Shown here: positions 26,313 through 35,915 of the stretch, piece after piece
How positions within the stretch are numbered: the first letter of the stretch is position 1
Layout: the number at the start of each line of letters is the position of its first letter
DNA from: a virus
Taxonomy: Duplodnaviria; Heunggongvirae; Uroviricota; Caudoviricetes
Strand: one strand, 5' to 3'
Virus record (IMG/VR): IMGVR_UViG_3300040810_000833
Span: 1-64,000 of that record
DNA: 64,000 nucleotides
Program-made: the position numbers and the translations under genes
Notes under the pieces: generated by a model
Databases searched by the model: none
Seen by the model: the letters and a program-made list of their open reading frames with translations, nothing else
What the model was told of the DNA's origin: nothing

Positions 26313-27329
26313 ATGGAAAAGATAGATCTAGCAAATTTGCTAGTTTCTGGAATTGTTATTGTAAGGGCCGGATCAAAATACATACAGATAATTCCAGCAT
26401 CCGCAAGGCGTAAAACCCTTGCGGATTTTTTTGCACAGGAATGTTACGAAGAGTGTTTACTCTCTGGCTTATGGTCTACGCAGGACTCTATTGATTTAGC
26501 TATTGAGAGGGGTATTGTCACCCAAGAAGAAATTGACTCAATAAGCGGTATCGAAAAAACTGTTGAGCAGATGAAGGTTGATTACTTCAAGAAATTCTAC
26601 GATGAGTCAAGAAAGACAGTCATTAAAAGAGCAATTCACGGCGAAATGGAAAAGATAGCTGATATATCTTCCCGAAGGGATAGCTTTGTTGACGTAACCG
26701 CTGAGTATTTAAAGTCTTATGCATACACACAATATTTAGTTGAGCACAGCTCGTTGCTTCTTGATGGATCTCCTGTAAAAGATGGATGCAGCTTTCAATT
26801 GATATCTAGGGCGTACATGAACGCAGTTCAAGATATATCGTCTAGGTTGAGGGATTTAGCCAAGTCTACGGAATGGAGAGTGCTTTGGCAGTGCTTGAAA
26901 GAGGGCATGTTCGACAATAAACCTTCCTCTTTTACTGGGTTTCAGACTTCTATAATCTCTTGGTCACATTACTATGATGGGATTAACCAATCCCCAGATC
27001 GCCCAACGGAAGATGTTATACAGGATGATATTGCTATAGATGGATGGTCTATAAATGAGCGGATAAAGAGGGAAGAAGAAGACAAAAAGAAACAAAACGA
27101 ATCTTCACTATCAGACAGAACGTCTGGTGCCGGAGAAATACTAATACCCGCGAGAACAAAAGAACAAATGAAGAATGTGTATGATATGAACGACGCCCGA
27201 GGCAAGGCGAAATTAAGGTCTTTGGGTAGGGATTTATCATCAAATGGTGTATTAGAAGATAGTCAATTGACTTTTAATAGGAGGGAAATACAAATGGAAT
27301 CTAATCAATTAAATAACAGGAGAAGATAA
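26313..27329 (+). CDS. hypothetical acidic protein (338 aa), possible tail assembly chaperone
   Basis: Position upstream of TMP; acidic C-terminal half. Confidence 0.35.
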   Translation: MEKIDLANLLVSGIVIVRAGSKYIQIIPASARRKTLADFFAQECYEECLLSGLWSTQDSIDLAIERGIVTQEEIDSISGIEKTVEQMKVDYFKKFYDESRKTVIKRAIHGEMEKIADISSRRDSFVDVTAEYLKSYAYTQYLVEHSSLLLDGSPVKDGCSFQLISRAYMNAVQDISSRLRDLAKSTEWRVLWQCLKEGMFDNKPSSFTGFQTSIISWSHYYDGINQSPDRPTEDVIQDDIAIDGWSINERIKREEEDKKKQNESSLSDRTSGAGEILIPARTKEQMKNVYDMNDARGKAKLRSLGRDLSSNGVLEDSQLTFNRREIQMESNQLNNRRR

Positions 27330-27634
27330 TGGAAAGGAAGAATAGAGCCGCTCTGCAAAAATCAAAAAGAAGGTTGCAGTCAGAGGCCTCTAAGCGGATT
27401 ACGACCACGATGATCGGAGCTATAGCTAGTGTCGAAAAACATCTCAAAAGTTTTTGGGATGTGGATAATCCGGATCAAGAACAAATCAGGATGGCGGATG
27501 CGTTTGAAGAAATGCGTACCGAGATTCTTAATAAAGGCAATACTCAGGTAAGAGCCATGAGAGAATTGCTTGATTCTTATGATGTCTCAAGCACAAGAAT
27601 GACATATACAGAACTGCCAGTACGCAGAGTTTGA
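27329..27634 (+). CDS. hypothetical protein (101 aa)
   Basis: ORF, coupled start. Confidence 0.35.
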   Translation: MERKNRAALQKSKRRLQSEASKRITTTMIGAIASVEKHLKSFWDVDNPDQEQIRMADAFEEMRTEILNKGNTQVRAMRELLDSYDVSSTRMTYTELPVRRV

Positions 27635-27670
27635 TTTTCACTAATGGAATTAAAAAGGGGATAAGACAAG

Positions 27671-28522
27671 ATGGATAACAGGTTTACGGTCGATGGAAAA
27701 GATTACTTCATTAAGAGGTCTAATGATTCAGTTGCTACGGCGGCACAGCGTGTCTATGCAAAGTCATTTGCAGAGGCCGTGACTGATGGTGCTTTGCTGC
27801 GGCAAACCCTTGATTCTCACATGAGAAAACAGGGCCTTTGGAGTGACGAAAAGGAAAGTGAGTACAAACAACTCGCCAAAGAAGTTGCTGATCTTGAATA
27901 CGCAATCAAAAGTGGCTCACTCAAAAAAGCATCCGAACTAAGAGAAACCTCCATTAAACTAAAGAGAGTAAGAAACAAGATCGCTTCTCTTCTTCTTCAG
28001 CGTAATGAAATGGACTCGGTTACGGCGGAGGCGATGGCTGAAAACGAAAGGTTTGACTACCTATTATCTCAGTCAATTTATGACTATGAAACACAGAAGC
28101 CGGTGTTTTCTTCCCTCGCAGACTACAAGGAGCGAAAGAATGATCCTGGAGTTTTTGAATTAGCACAGAAATATGCTAATTATGCCTATGGCTTGGACGA
28201 AGACCATGAGTCTGGGCTCGTTGAGAATAGAATGCTTCGCCGCCTTGGACTTCTTAATGAAGACAACCTGCTCACCGACAGGAATGGCAACAGGGTTGAC
28301 TACGATGGTAATAGAATTGACGAAGACGGAATGCGTGTTGGTGAAGATGATGAGAGAGTAGATATAAACAACAGACCTTTTATCGATAACGATGCCGTCG
28401 ATTCAATAGAGTTTGAAGATGACCTTCCTCAGAAAACTGAAGAGGCGGAATCGGTAAACGAGACCAATCAGGAAAGCAAACCCAAAAGAAGAAGATCAAA
28501 AAGAACAACACCTGACTCCTGA
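27671..28522 (+). CDS. hypothetical acidic protein (283 aa)
   Basis: ORF with RBS; Asp/Glu-rich C-terminus. Confidence 0.4.
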   Translation: MDNRFTVDGKDYFIKRSNDSVATAAQRVYAKSFAEAVTDGALLRQTLDSHMRKQGLWSDEKESEYKQLAKEVADLEYAIKSGSLKKASELRETSIKLKRVRNKIASLLLQRNEMDSVTAEAMAENERFDYLLSQSIYDYETQKPVFSSLADYKERKNDPGVFELAQKYANYAYGLDEDHESGLVENRMLRRLGLLNEDNLLTDRNGNRVDYDGNRIDEDGMRVGEDDERVDINNRPFIDNDAVDSIEFEDDLPQKTEEAESVNETNQESKPKRRRSKRTTPDS

Positions 28523-28532
28523 GGGGTTATAA

Positions 28533-31500
28533 ATGGCTGAATACAACCTTAGTGTTGAGATGAATCTCCAAAAACCTAGTGCGGCCAACCTTGCGAAAGT
28601 GAGGCAGTCGCTTGAGGATGCTCTTGGAAATATAGACCTACGGATTACTCCAGGAGGTGCTGCCAAGACAAAGTCGGAAATTCAAGCGATCGACAAGGCT
28701 ATTCAGTCTACCAATAGTTCCGCAAAACAACTGACCGTTAATCTTGGGAGTTTTCAAGAACTTCTCTCAAGAACGATAATGATCACGGTCCTGAATAAAG
28801 TGGTCGGGGCTATTTCGAACGCGAACAGAGAAGCTCTAAGGTTTGAATCCGAGCTTGCTAAGTTGGCACAGGTTACTAGAAAAACAACTAGCGAAATCAA
28901 GGCAAACTCCCAAGAGCTAATCAGTATATCGCGTACTTACAACATCGCTTCATCTAAAGTTGCACAGCTTACAAGAACTCTGTCTCAAACAGGTTTGAGC
29001 CTAAGGGAAGCTACTAAAGGTGCAGAGATATTAGCAAAAACAAGCCTTCTGGCAACATTCGACAGTTTGTCGTCAACTACAGAAGGCTTCATTGCTATCA
29101 TGAACACATTCCAGTTTACTGTACAGCAGACTGGTGATGCATTGGAAGCTATTAACGCAATTTCTAAACGATACGCCGTTGAGTCTTCCGACCTTGTTGC
29201 CGCCGTCGTTAGAACTGGTGGTGTGTTCAGTACTGCTGGTGGTCAAATTAATGAATTACTAGCCGCGATCACGACGGTTAGATCTACAACCCGAGAAAGT
29301 TCCGAGACTATCTCGACTGGTTTCAAAACAATCTTCGGTAGACTTCAAAGACCTAAAACAATCCAATACTTCAGAGATCTTGGAATAGAACTCGAACGTG
29401 GTGGTAAGTTTATTGGTCCTTGGGAAGCTATTATCAAGATTGGTAAAGATCTAGAGTCGCTAAATATTAGGCCGGGTGACCTTAGATTCGCCGAGGTTGT
29501 TGAACAAATCGGTGGTATTCGTCAGCTATCCAAAGTGGTTCCTCTTTTAACGAGAACCGCTACCCTTGAGAGAGCATTGGCAGACGCAAATAATGCAGAG
29601 AAGGAATCTGCGGAGGACTTGGCGAAGGCACGAGAAACCCTTGCGTTCAAACTTGGCCAGCTTCAGAAAAACTTCTCGTCGTTAATTAACGAGATGGTTT
29701 CCAGTGACCAGTTTCAATTTATGGCTAAGGGCTTTATTTCTATCGCGAACGCCGTGATTGAGGTAACAAGAGCATTAACTGCCATGAAGCCATTGATGCC
29801 GCTCTTGGCGTTTGGTGTTGCTCGTGGGGCCTTCCAGTTCTTCTCTGGCGGTGGTGGTCGTGGTGTTAAGTCTTTACTTGGATTCAATCGTGGTGGATTG
29901 GTTCCGGGTGTTGGTGATAGCGATACTGTTCCTGCAATGCTTGCTCCTGGCGAGTTTGTAATTAGGAAGAGGGCCGTCAAGGCTATTGGCGTTGAGAGTC
30001 TTTCTAAAATTAATAAGTACGCCCAAGGCGGACCTGTTGAGGGAATCCCTGCATTGTTGACGCCTGGGGAGTTTGTTGTTAATCAAAAATCTGCCCAAGC
30101 TTATGGATATGGCAAGCTTAACAAAATAAATAAGTACGCACAGGGAGGACCTGTCGAGGTACAGAGATTTAGTACTGGTAATACAGGAGATGGGGTTAAG
30201 CCTAAGAGAAAGAAAAAGAAAGGAAGTAAAAGCGATTGGGTACAGCTTGATAACCCGCGACAAAAAGTCGTTGATATTGGGGATGCTCTGGAAGAAGGCG
30301 TGTACGAGGCTACGATGAGAGGTTTTACAAGAGCCTTTGGCACCGAGGCGGAAAAGGCCCGTATGGAAGGACAAGGGCGGAGAGCCCGCCCGGAAGCAAA
30401 AAATCGAGGGGGATTGCCGGAGCCGAGAGAGGGTGAATCGAGAGCGGCAATTGCCACCGAGAAAAAAATACAGAAGTATGGCTTTAGCAAAAGCAATAGC
30501 CCCTATTTTAACGATATACAACAAATGGAATCGGCGGGCAAATACTTCGATATGGTAAAAGGGAAAGGTGCGTTCACGGAAAAAGAAGCGAAGAGGTTAA
30601 GGAAAAAAGACCCGGTCGGATTTTCCATGTTTGAGAGACTTTCTTCAGAACAGGGGTATGACTATAGCAAAAAGAAAGGATCTGAAAAAAAACCTAAGGG
30701 TGGTCGTGATTATCTAGCTATGTCATTTATGATGTCTAGCTTAGCACAACTAGGAAAGCAATATGATGAAAACGGAAAAGCTCTAGATACCTTTTCGAAC
30801 TCGATGATTGATGCTGTTTCTCAGGTCAGTCTTTTTGTTGGTACTTTATCTTCTGTCGGTATAGATTTTGGCGGGGTGCTGAGCAATACATTTGAAAGAG
30901 TTGGCAAGTTTGGTAGCAAATCTCGTGGACTTGTTTCTTCCGCCCCTGGGGGTAGTGCCTCTTCTGTTGCTGGTTCGCTCCTCGCCGCTGCTGCCGCTGC
31001 CGCTGTGATTGGAACTACATTCAAAGAAATAAGAAAGTGGACTTATGACATCGCTGGGGCAGAGAAAGTAAGACAAAAAGCGATTGAGGCTGGCAATGAA
31101 ACCGTTGCACTTTCTGCCGCTGATGATATCATAGCTAGTAGACAGTTTGGTTCTTCTGCTATGAATATGTCTATAGCAGGTGGTGCTTCGGTCGGTGGAC
31201 TAGCTGGGTTTGCGATAGCGGGTCCGATCGGTGCTGCTGTAGGTGCCTTTGTTGGAGGTCTTACTGCTTCGGCAGATGCAATATCTGCATGGGCCAGTGA
31301 TTCTGATGAGACACTCAGACAGCAAACGATTGCGGGGGTGGCTGTTGCGTCAACAAATCGAGCTATCGCTAAGTCAAATAGACAAAGGGCAGACCTAGAA
31401 AAGCAGGGAAACACAGCTCAGATTGAGAAGAATAGCCTTGATATTATTGCGGCCCAAAGGGATTCTGAGGCTGCGGTAAGCGACCTTGAGGGACAGATTA

Positions 31501-34376
31501 ATAAGCAAGAAGGTTCCACACTAAAAAGTTTGACATTTGGGCTTCTTGGTGGTGCGACTGAAGAAGAAAAGAAGGCACTTGAAGCACTAAAAGGTGCCAC
31601 GGAAGACTCTGCCGGAGCATTTAAGCAGATTGAAGATGATATAATTCGCCAGATCTCTACTGTCCAGTCTCAGACTGGTGCCGTTAAGACTTGGGGTGAT
31701 GCACTCAGTGCTGGCGGTCCAGTCCTTGCTAAATATATTGAATACTTAGAACAATCAGACCCGAAGGTTGCGGAAGAATTCAAAGAAGCTTTGCTTAGTG
31801 CAGCAAAAACGGCCGACGTCGAAAGAACAGCTAGGATTAAGGCTTTTAATGAGTTTCGAGCAGAGCAGAATCTTATTAGAGCCAGGTTCATTGTTCAGTC
31901 TAGATTGAACGACTCTATGATGATGGTTGTTCAATCATCTGATAGACTTAATGAGTCATTCTCTTTAATGAGCAAAGCTGTTGATTTTACAGCACGGTCT
32001 TCATTCTCCGACGAGAGGGCCTCTAGTATATCTGATATTACTCAGATTGACAACCCAAGAAATATGACTAGAGTTTTGTCTATGGTCAGTCGACTATCTA
32101 ACAGAACTCCGGGGATGGGTGCTGCTGTTTCTGAGGTTCAAAGGGCTTCCGCTGTGCAAAAACAGATTGCTGGTGCTGGCGGGATTGCCGACCAGATAGT
32201 TAGCACCATGAGTCAGAATATAGAGGTTAACGAAGGAGAGTTGCAGGCAGAGGTTGATGATGCCGCTAAAAGAATTGCATCTTTTGCGTCTCAAAAAGAG
32301 ATCGACAACTTTAAGATTAGGTATGGAAAATTACTAAAAGAAACCGGAGGTGCAACCTCTCAGTCTGACGTTCAAGATTTACTGGAAGAACTTTTTGTTA
32401 AGCCGATTCAGCCAATAGCTGATAAGGCCGCAGAAACTTATCGACGCCAGATTGATGCACTGAATAAGTTTTCCGAAGGTCTTCGCTCTGTAAGTGAAAT
32501 TTTTGATCAGATGTCAACGAAGCGGGTTGAGGCGTTCTCAAGCCGTGCTGATTTTCGTGCATCGTTTAACAAAATAGCAACTGGGAGAACTGCTGGTCCG
32601 TTGCAGGGTAGAGCAGATGACATCGAACGCCAAAGAATTTCTCTTGGCACGGTAGGTCTTGGTGGTCTTGCTGGTGATACAACTGGGATCGGACAGACGA
32701 TTAGACGGCTTCAGGGCGAAATAGATCAACAGAACACGACTTGGGAAAAGTTTGGAGCAACTACAAAAGAAGATATTTTGCTCCAAGAGCAGAGGCAGAG
32801 AAAAATCGATTTGCTCAACAGAGCATTAGATAGTCAAATTCAGTCTTTTGGAAAGCTAAAAGAGGCTGCACTTGAAGTTGCTGCGGTAGAAAAAGAGATC
32901 GCGAAGCAAAGACAGGAAGAACTTCTTGGTGATATCGGCAAAGACCCGGAGACTTTATTTAAAGAGTCTCAAGCTAGGGTATTGACCGGAAGGGCACTGA
33001 GTGGAAACTTTGACATTAGACAGCTTTCGAGTCAGTTTGCTATGGCTCGCGGAAACATGTTTGGACCAGAAGCGTTTCGCCAAATTAGCGAAATGCAGCG
33101 ACTGGTTCTGGATCAAATCGGTCAGATTGCACAAGGAACAACCCCCGAAGCGGCGAAAGCGTCTGATTTGCTTGCCGCAATAGCCAATCAAGAATCCCTG
33201 TTACGCACACAGAGAGATCTTGGTGTTGCTGGGGGATCTGCATCCGTACTCGGGCGGGGTGCGGCACAAGCACTTGCACAGGATCAAGCGAGGATTCAAG
33301 GAAGAAGATCTGAGGACATTACCATAGGTAGATCAAGAACAACATCCCGTGGATTGGCGGCACTTAGCTTGGCTGGAAGAGCGAACCAAGCCGAGCAAGC
33401 GGCTCGCAACGAAGAGATATTAAACCTCTCGAATCAATCTGCAATACTTATCGATCACTTCAAGAAAATGTCTGTCGAGGTTGAGAACTTGACCGGCCTA
33501 TACGGAAGAATGTCTGGCGTACTAAAGGGCTCTCCACTAGCTCCTGATGGGCAGCAACAACAACAGGGACGGCAACAACAGCCTGCACAGAGAATAGACT
33601 TTGTTTCTGAGTCTATTCGTCAAAATGCACAGCAAAGAAGGAGTGAATCAAATAGGAGTTTCAAGAAATATAACCAAAAAAAACATGAAGGTTTGACGGC
33701 CGAAGATATAAAGGTTTTTCAAAGTCAGTTTGGGGCAATTGCACCAGAGGAATTTGCTAGGCAGACAATTAATAGCCAAGCACGGGGTCGAGTTTTGGGT
33801 CTTATAAACGCACGCCAAGAACAAAGAACGACTAACGTGGATAAGTATTTTGGCAATAAATCAGGGGGAAGATTCCAAGAGGATCAATACCTCGCAATAA
33901 ATCGGCAGGCCGATAAAGAACGCATGATGCTCGATCAGCGTGGTCCTCAAGGATTTATTGAAGGACTTCAGCGTGCAGAGCGAATGCGGCGTGAAATGGA
34001 GACGCGACAAGAGGAGAATCGGCGGAGACAACAAATGACGCAGGGTTATAATCCTAGTGGTGGTCAAGCCCCATCCGCAATAAGACCTGCCGCTCCTGCA
34101 CTTGGCGGGATGTCAAACACCTTTAACGCAGATCAGCTAAGGATGATTCAGTCGGCGTTGGCACCGTTTGTAAATGCGGTGCAGATGTTGAAGCGGATGC
34201 CGACGACTATCGACGTTGCAGTAAACGATGTGAGCGTTTCTGTAAACCACAACGGACTTGAGGTATTCTCGCAAATCGAAACGAAAGTGACCGAGATGAT
34301 TACTCAAAACACGGCAAAAGCCCTGATAGATTATGACAGAAATATTCACTCTGGCGAGGTATTGGCTTTTAGTTAA
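28533..34376 (+). CDS. tail tape measure protein
   Basis: 1947 aa, largely alpha-helical and low-complexity, Gly/Ala-rich hydrophobic segments, internal repeats; canonical position. Confidence 0.8.
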   Translation: MAEYNLSVEMNLQKPSAANLAKVRQSLEDALGNIDLRITPGGAAKTKSEIQAIDKAIQSTNSSAKQLTVNLGSFQELLSRTIMITVLNKVVGAISNANREALRFESELAKLAQVTRKTTSEIKANSQELISISRTYNIASSKVAQLTRTLSQTGLSLREATKGAEILAKTSLLATFDSLSSTTEGFIAIMNTFQFTVQQTGDALEAINAISKRYAVESSDLVAAVVRTGGVFSTAGGQINELLAAITTVRSTTRESSETISTGFKTIFGRLQRPKTIQYFRDLGIELERGGKFIGPWEAIIKIGKDLESLNIRPGDLRFAEVVEQIGGIRQLSKVVPLLTRTATLERALADANNAEKESAEDLAKARETLAFKLGQLQKNFSSLINEMVSSDQFQFMAKGFISIANAVIEVTRALTAMKPLMPLLAFGVARGAFQFFSGGGGRGVKSLLGFNRGGLVPGVGDSDTVPAMLAPGEFVIRKRAVKAIGVESLSKINKYAQGGPVEGIPALLTPGEFVVNQKSAQAYGYGKLNKINKYAQGGPVEVQRFSTGNTGDGVKPKRKKKKGSKSDWVQLDNPRQKVVDIGDALEEGVYEATMRGFTRAFGTEAEKARMEGQGRRARPEAKNRGGLPEPREGESRAAIATEKKIQKYGFSKSNSPYFNDIQQMESAGKYFDMVKGKGAFTEKEAKRLRKKDPVGFSMFERLSSEQGYDYSKKKGSEKKPKGGRDYLAMSFMMSSLAQLGKQYDENGKALDTFSNSMIDAVSQVSLFVGTLSSVGIDFGGVLSNTFERVGKFGSKSRGLVSSAPGGSASSVAGSLLAAAAAAAVIGTTFKEIRKWTYDIAGAEKVRQKAIEAGNETVALSAADDIIASRQFGSSAMNMSIAGGASVGGLAGFAIAGPIGAAVGAFVGGLTASADAISAWASDSDETLRQQTIAGVAVASTNRAIAKSNRQRADLEKQGNTAQIEKNSLDIIAAQRDSEAAVSDLEGQINKQEGSTLKSLTFGLLGGATEEEKKALEALKGATEDSAGAFKQIEDDIIRQISTVQSQTGAVKTWGDALSAGGPVLAKYIEYLEQSDPKVAEEFKEALLSAAKTADVERTARIKAFNEFRAEQNLIRARFIVQSRLNDSMMMVVQSSDRLNESFSLMSKAVDFTARSSFSDERASSISDITQIDNPRNMTRVLSMVSRLSNRTPGMGAAVSEVQRASAVQKQIAGAGGIADQIVSTMSQNIEVNEGELQAEVDDAAKRIASFASQKEIDNFKIRYGKLLKETGGATSQSDVQDLLEELFVKPIQPIADKAAETYRRQIDALNKFSEGLRSVSEIFDQMSTKRVEAFSSRADFRASFNKIATGRTAGPLQGRADDIERQRISLGTVGLGGLAGDTTGIGQTIRRLQGEIDQQNTTWEKFGATTKEDILLQEQRQRKIDLLNRALDSQIQSFGKLKEAALEVAAVEKEIAKQRQEELLGDIGKDPETLFKESQARVLTGRALSGNFDIRQLSSQFAMARGNMFGPEAFRQISEMQRLVLDQIGQIAQGTTPEAAKASDLLAAIANQESLLRTQRDLGVAGGSASVLGRGAAQALAQDQARIQGRRSEDITIGRSRTTSRGLAALSLAGRANQAEQAARNEEILNLSNQSAILIDHFKKMSVEVENLTGLYGRMSGVLKGSPLAPDGQQQQQGRQQQPAQRIDFVSESIRQNAQQRRSESNRSFKKYNQKKHEGLTAEDIKVFQSQFGAIAPEEFARQTINSQARGRVLGLINARQEQRTTNVDKYFGNKSGGRFQEDQYLAINRQADKERMMLDQRGPQGFIEGLQRAERMRREMETRQEENRRRQQMTQGYNPSGGQAPSAIRPAAPALGGMSNTFNADQLRMIQSALAPFVNAVQMLKRMPTTIDVAVNDVSVSVNHNGLEVFSQIETKVTEMITQNTAKALIDYDRNIHSGEVLAFS
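29940..30175 (+). repeat. Two tandem 117-bp (39-aa) repeats inside the TMP (PGEFV...KINKYAQGGPVE)
   Basis: Read directly. Confidence 0.85.
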
Positions 34377-34391
34377 TAAAGGAAAACAAAA

Positions 34392-35912
34392 GTGCCAGTA
34401 AAGATCAACGACATATTTATATCTCCAGCCCCGGTAGTTACAATTGGGAAAACGTATATTCAGAATATGTACTCTGGGCCAATCGGTGCAGAATATAGCA
34501 TATTTCTCAACGGAGACCTTGTCGCTTGGAAGGGAAATCCAGAATCTTCCGGCTCAACACCTACAGTCAGTCAAGAAACTGCAACATCTTATGGCAACTT
34601 CGATTCCGATGACGAGCCAATTAATACATCACTTGGTGTAGATGGATATCTCGGCTCGATAATTAAAAAACAAGAGCATCTTAGGGAGCTTTTGGTTGAC
34701 CATGGTAGTGGTATAAAATTAGAGATCACAGGCTTTGATACCGCTACTGACGAAGCTGACAATAGAGGGATTACCGCCTATTGCACCCTTACTGATCTGA
34801 ATTTCGATGACAAGACAAGATGGACTAACGGGTGCGGATACTCTGTTTCCTTAACTACGTCAAAGCTTACAAAACCTGCAAACGTTGGGTTGTTTGGCGA
34901 TGATTCAACAGAGGACAACTTTGGGTACTACGTATCAGACGCACAAAATGAGTGGTCTATAAGTGAAGATGAAGAGCATACTGCAACCATAGGGAGTTCG
35001 ACAGACCAAAAGAAAATATACTCAGTGTCACATAACGTGTCGGCGATCGGACAGAAGACTTATGAGAACGGGGTCTTAATAAATGCGATTCATGAGGCGA
35101 GTGGCTATGTGCATAATGTCATTGGTTTAGGTTCTGGCGAAATGACCAATCCGAGCGGTCCATTCAGCTTCTTAGGATTCCCAGAAGGGTACTCGGTTTA
35201 CAACAGGAAAGTAACGGAGAGTATCAACCCATTTACCGGCCAGTACGGGATTGATGAACAATTTATCATGGGTCCATCTGGACAAGCAGCCAAGGAGGTA
35301 GTCCAGATCAGTATAGAAAATGACCTCAGCCCATTAACAAAAGTTTCGATTAACGGCACTATTACAGGCTTTAACTCTTCTGGAGTTCAGGATGGTGCTG
35401 TTAACAGGTATGATAATGCTCTTTCGTATTGGGACTCCGTTAGCGGATCAATATACGACAGAGCTAACAGCGAGGCGGGGTCGTGTTCGTTGAATCCTGT
35501 GTTTCTTTCTAGGGCGATTGGGAGAAATCCACAAGAGGGAACTATCTCTTATTCGTTTAATTATGACAATAGACCAGCGAATGTAATAACCAACGCAAGA
35601 ACTGAAGACATACAGGTTTCAGACACTTATCCGGGTCAGATAATAAACGTTGTTCCAGTAATTGGTAGAAGCCAGCCAATAATCCAATACCTAAATTCAC
35701 GCAGTGAATACAAGAGGTCTTTGCAGATTAATGCCACAATGGATATGGGTGCCGACTGTCTTCCACAAAAACCTCCTGCGTCAGAGCTTGCTACAATATT
35801 TGAGACATATAAACCACAAGGAACAAAAGTCTATTATGGACCCCCAACAGACAGTTGGAATCCAAAGACTGGGCAATACTCTTACAATGTAGAATGGACA
35901 TACGAGGGATAA
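34392..35912 (+). CDS. distal tail protein (putative)
   Basis: 506-aa ORF immediately after TMP; GTG start with an aaagga RBS. Confidence 0.4.
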   Translation: MPVKINDIFISPAPVVTIGKTYIQNMYSGPIGAEYSIFLNGDLVAWKGNPESSGSTPTVSQETATSYGNFDSDDEPINTSLGVDGYLGSIIKKQEHLRELLVDHGSGIKLEITGFDTATDEADNRGITAYCTLTDLNFDDKTRWTNGCGYSVSLTTSKLTKPANVGLFGDDSTEDNFGYYVSDAQNEWSISEDEEHTATIGSSTDQKKIYSVSHNVSAIGQKTYENGVLINAIHEASGYVHNVIGLGSGEMTNPSGPFSFLGFPEGYSVYNRKVTESINPFTGQYGIDEQFIMGPSGQAAKEVVQISIENDLSPLTKVSINGTITGFNSSGVQDGAVNRYDNALSYWDSVSGSIYDRANSEAGSCSLNPVFLSRAIGRNPQEGTISYSFNYDNRPANVITNARTEDIQVSDTYPGQIINVVPVIGRSQPIIQYLNSRSEYKRSLQINATMDMGADCLPQKPPASELATIFETYKPQGTKVYYGPPTDSWNPKTGQYSYNVEWTYEG

Positions 35913-35915
35913 AAA

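Noticed and set aside
29714-31414. Several 60-216-aa antisense ORFs within the tape-measure gene
   Set aside because: Gly/Ala/Pro/Ser-rich translations typical of the antisense of a GC-biased repetitive gene; no RBS.
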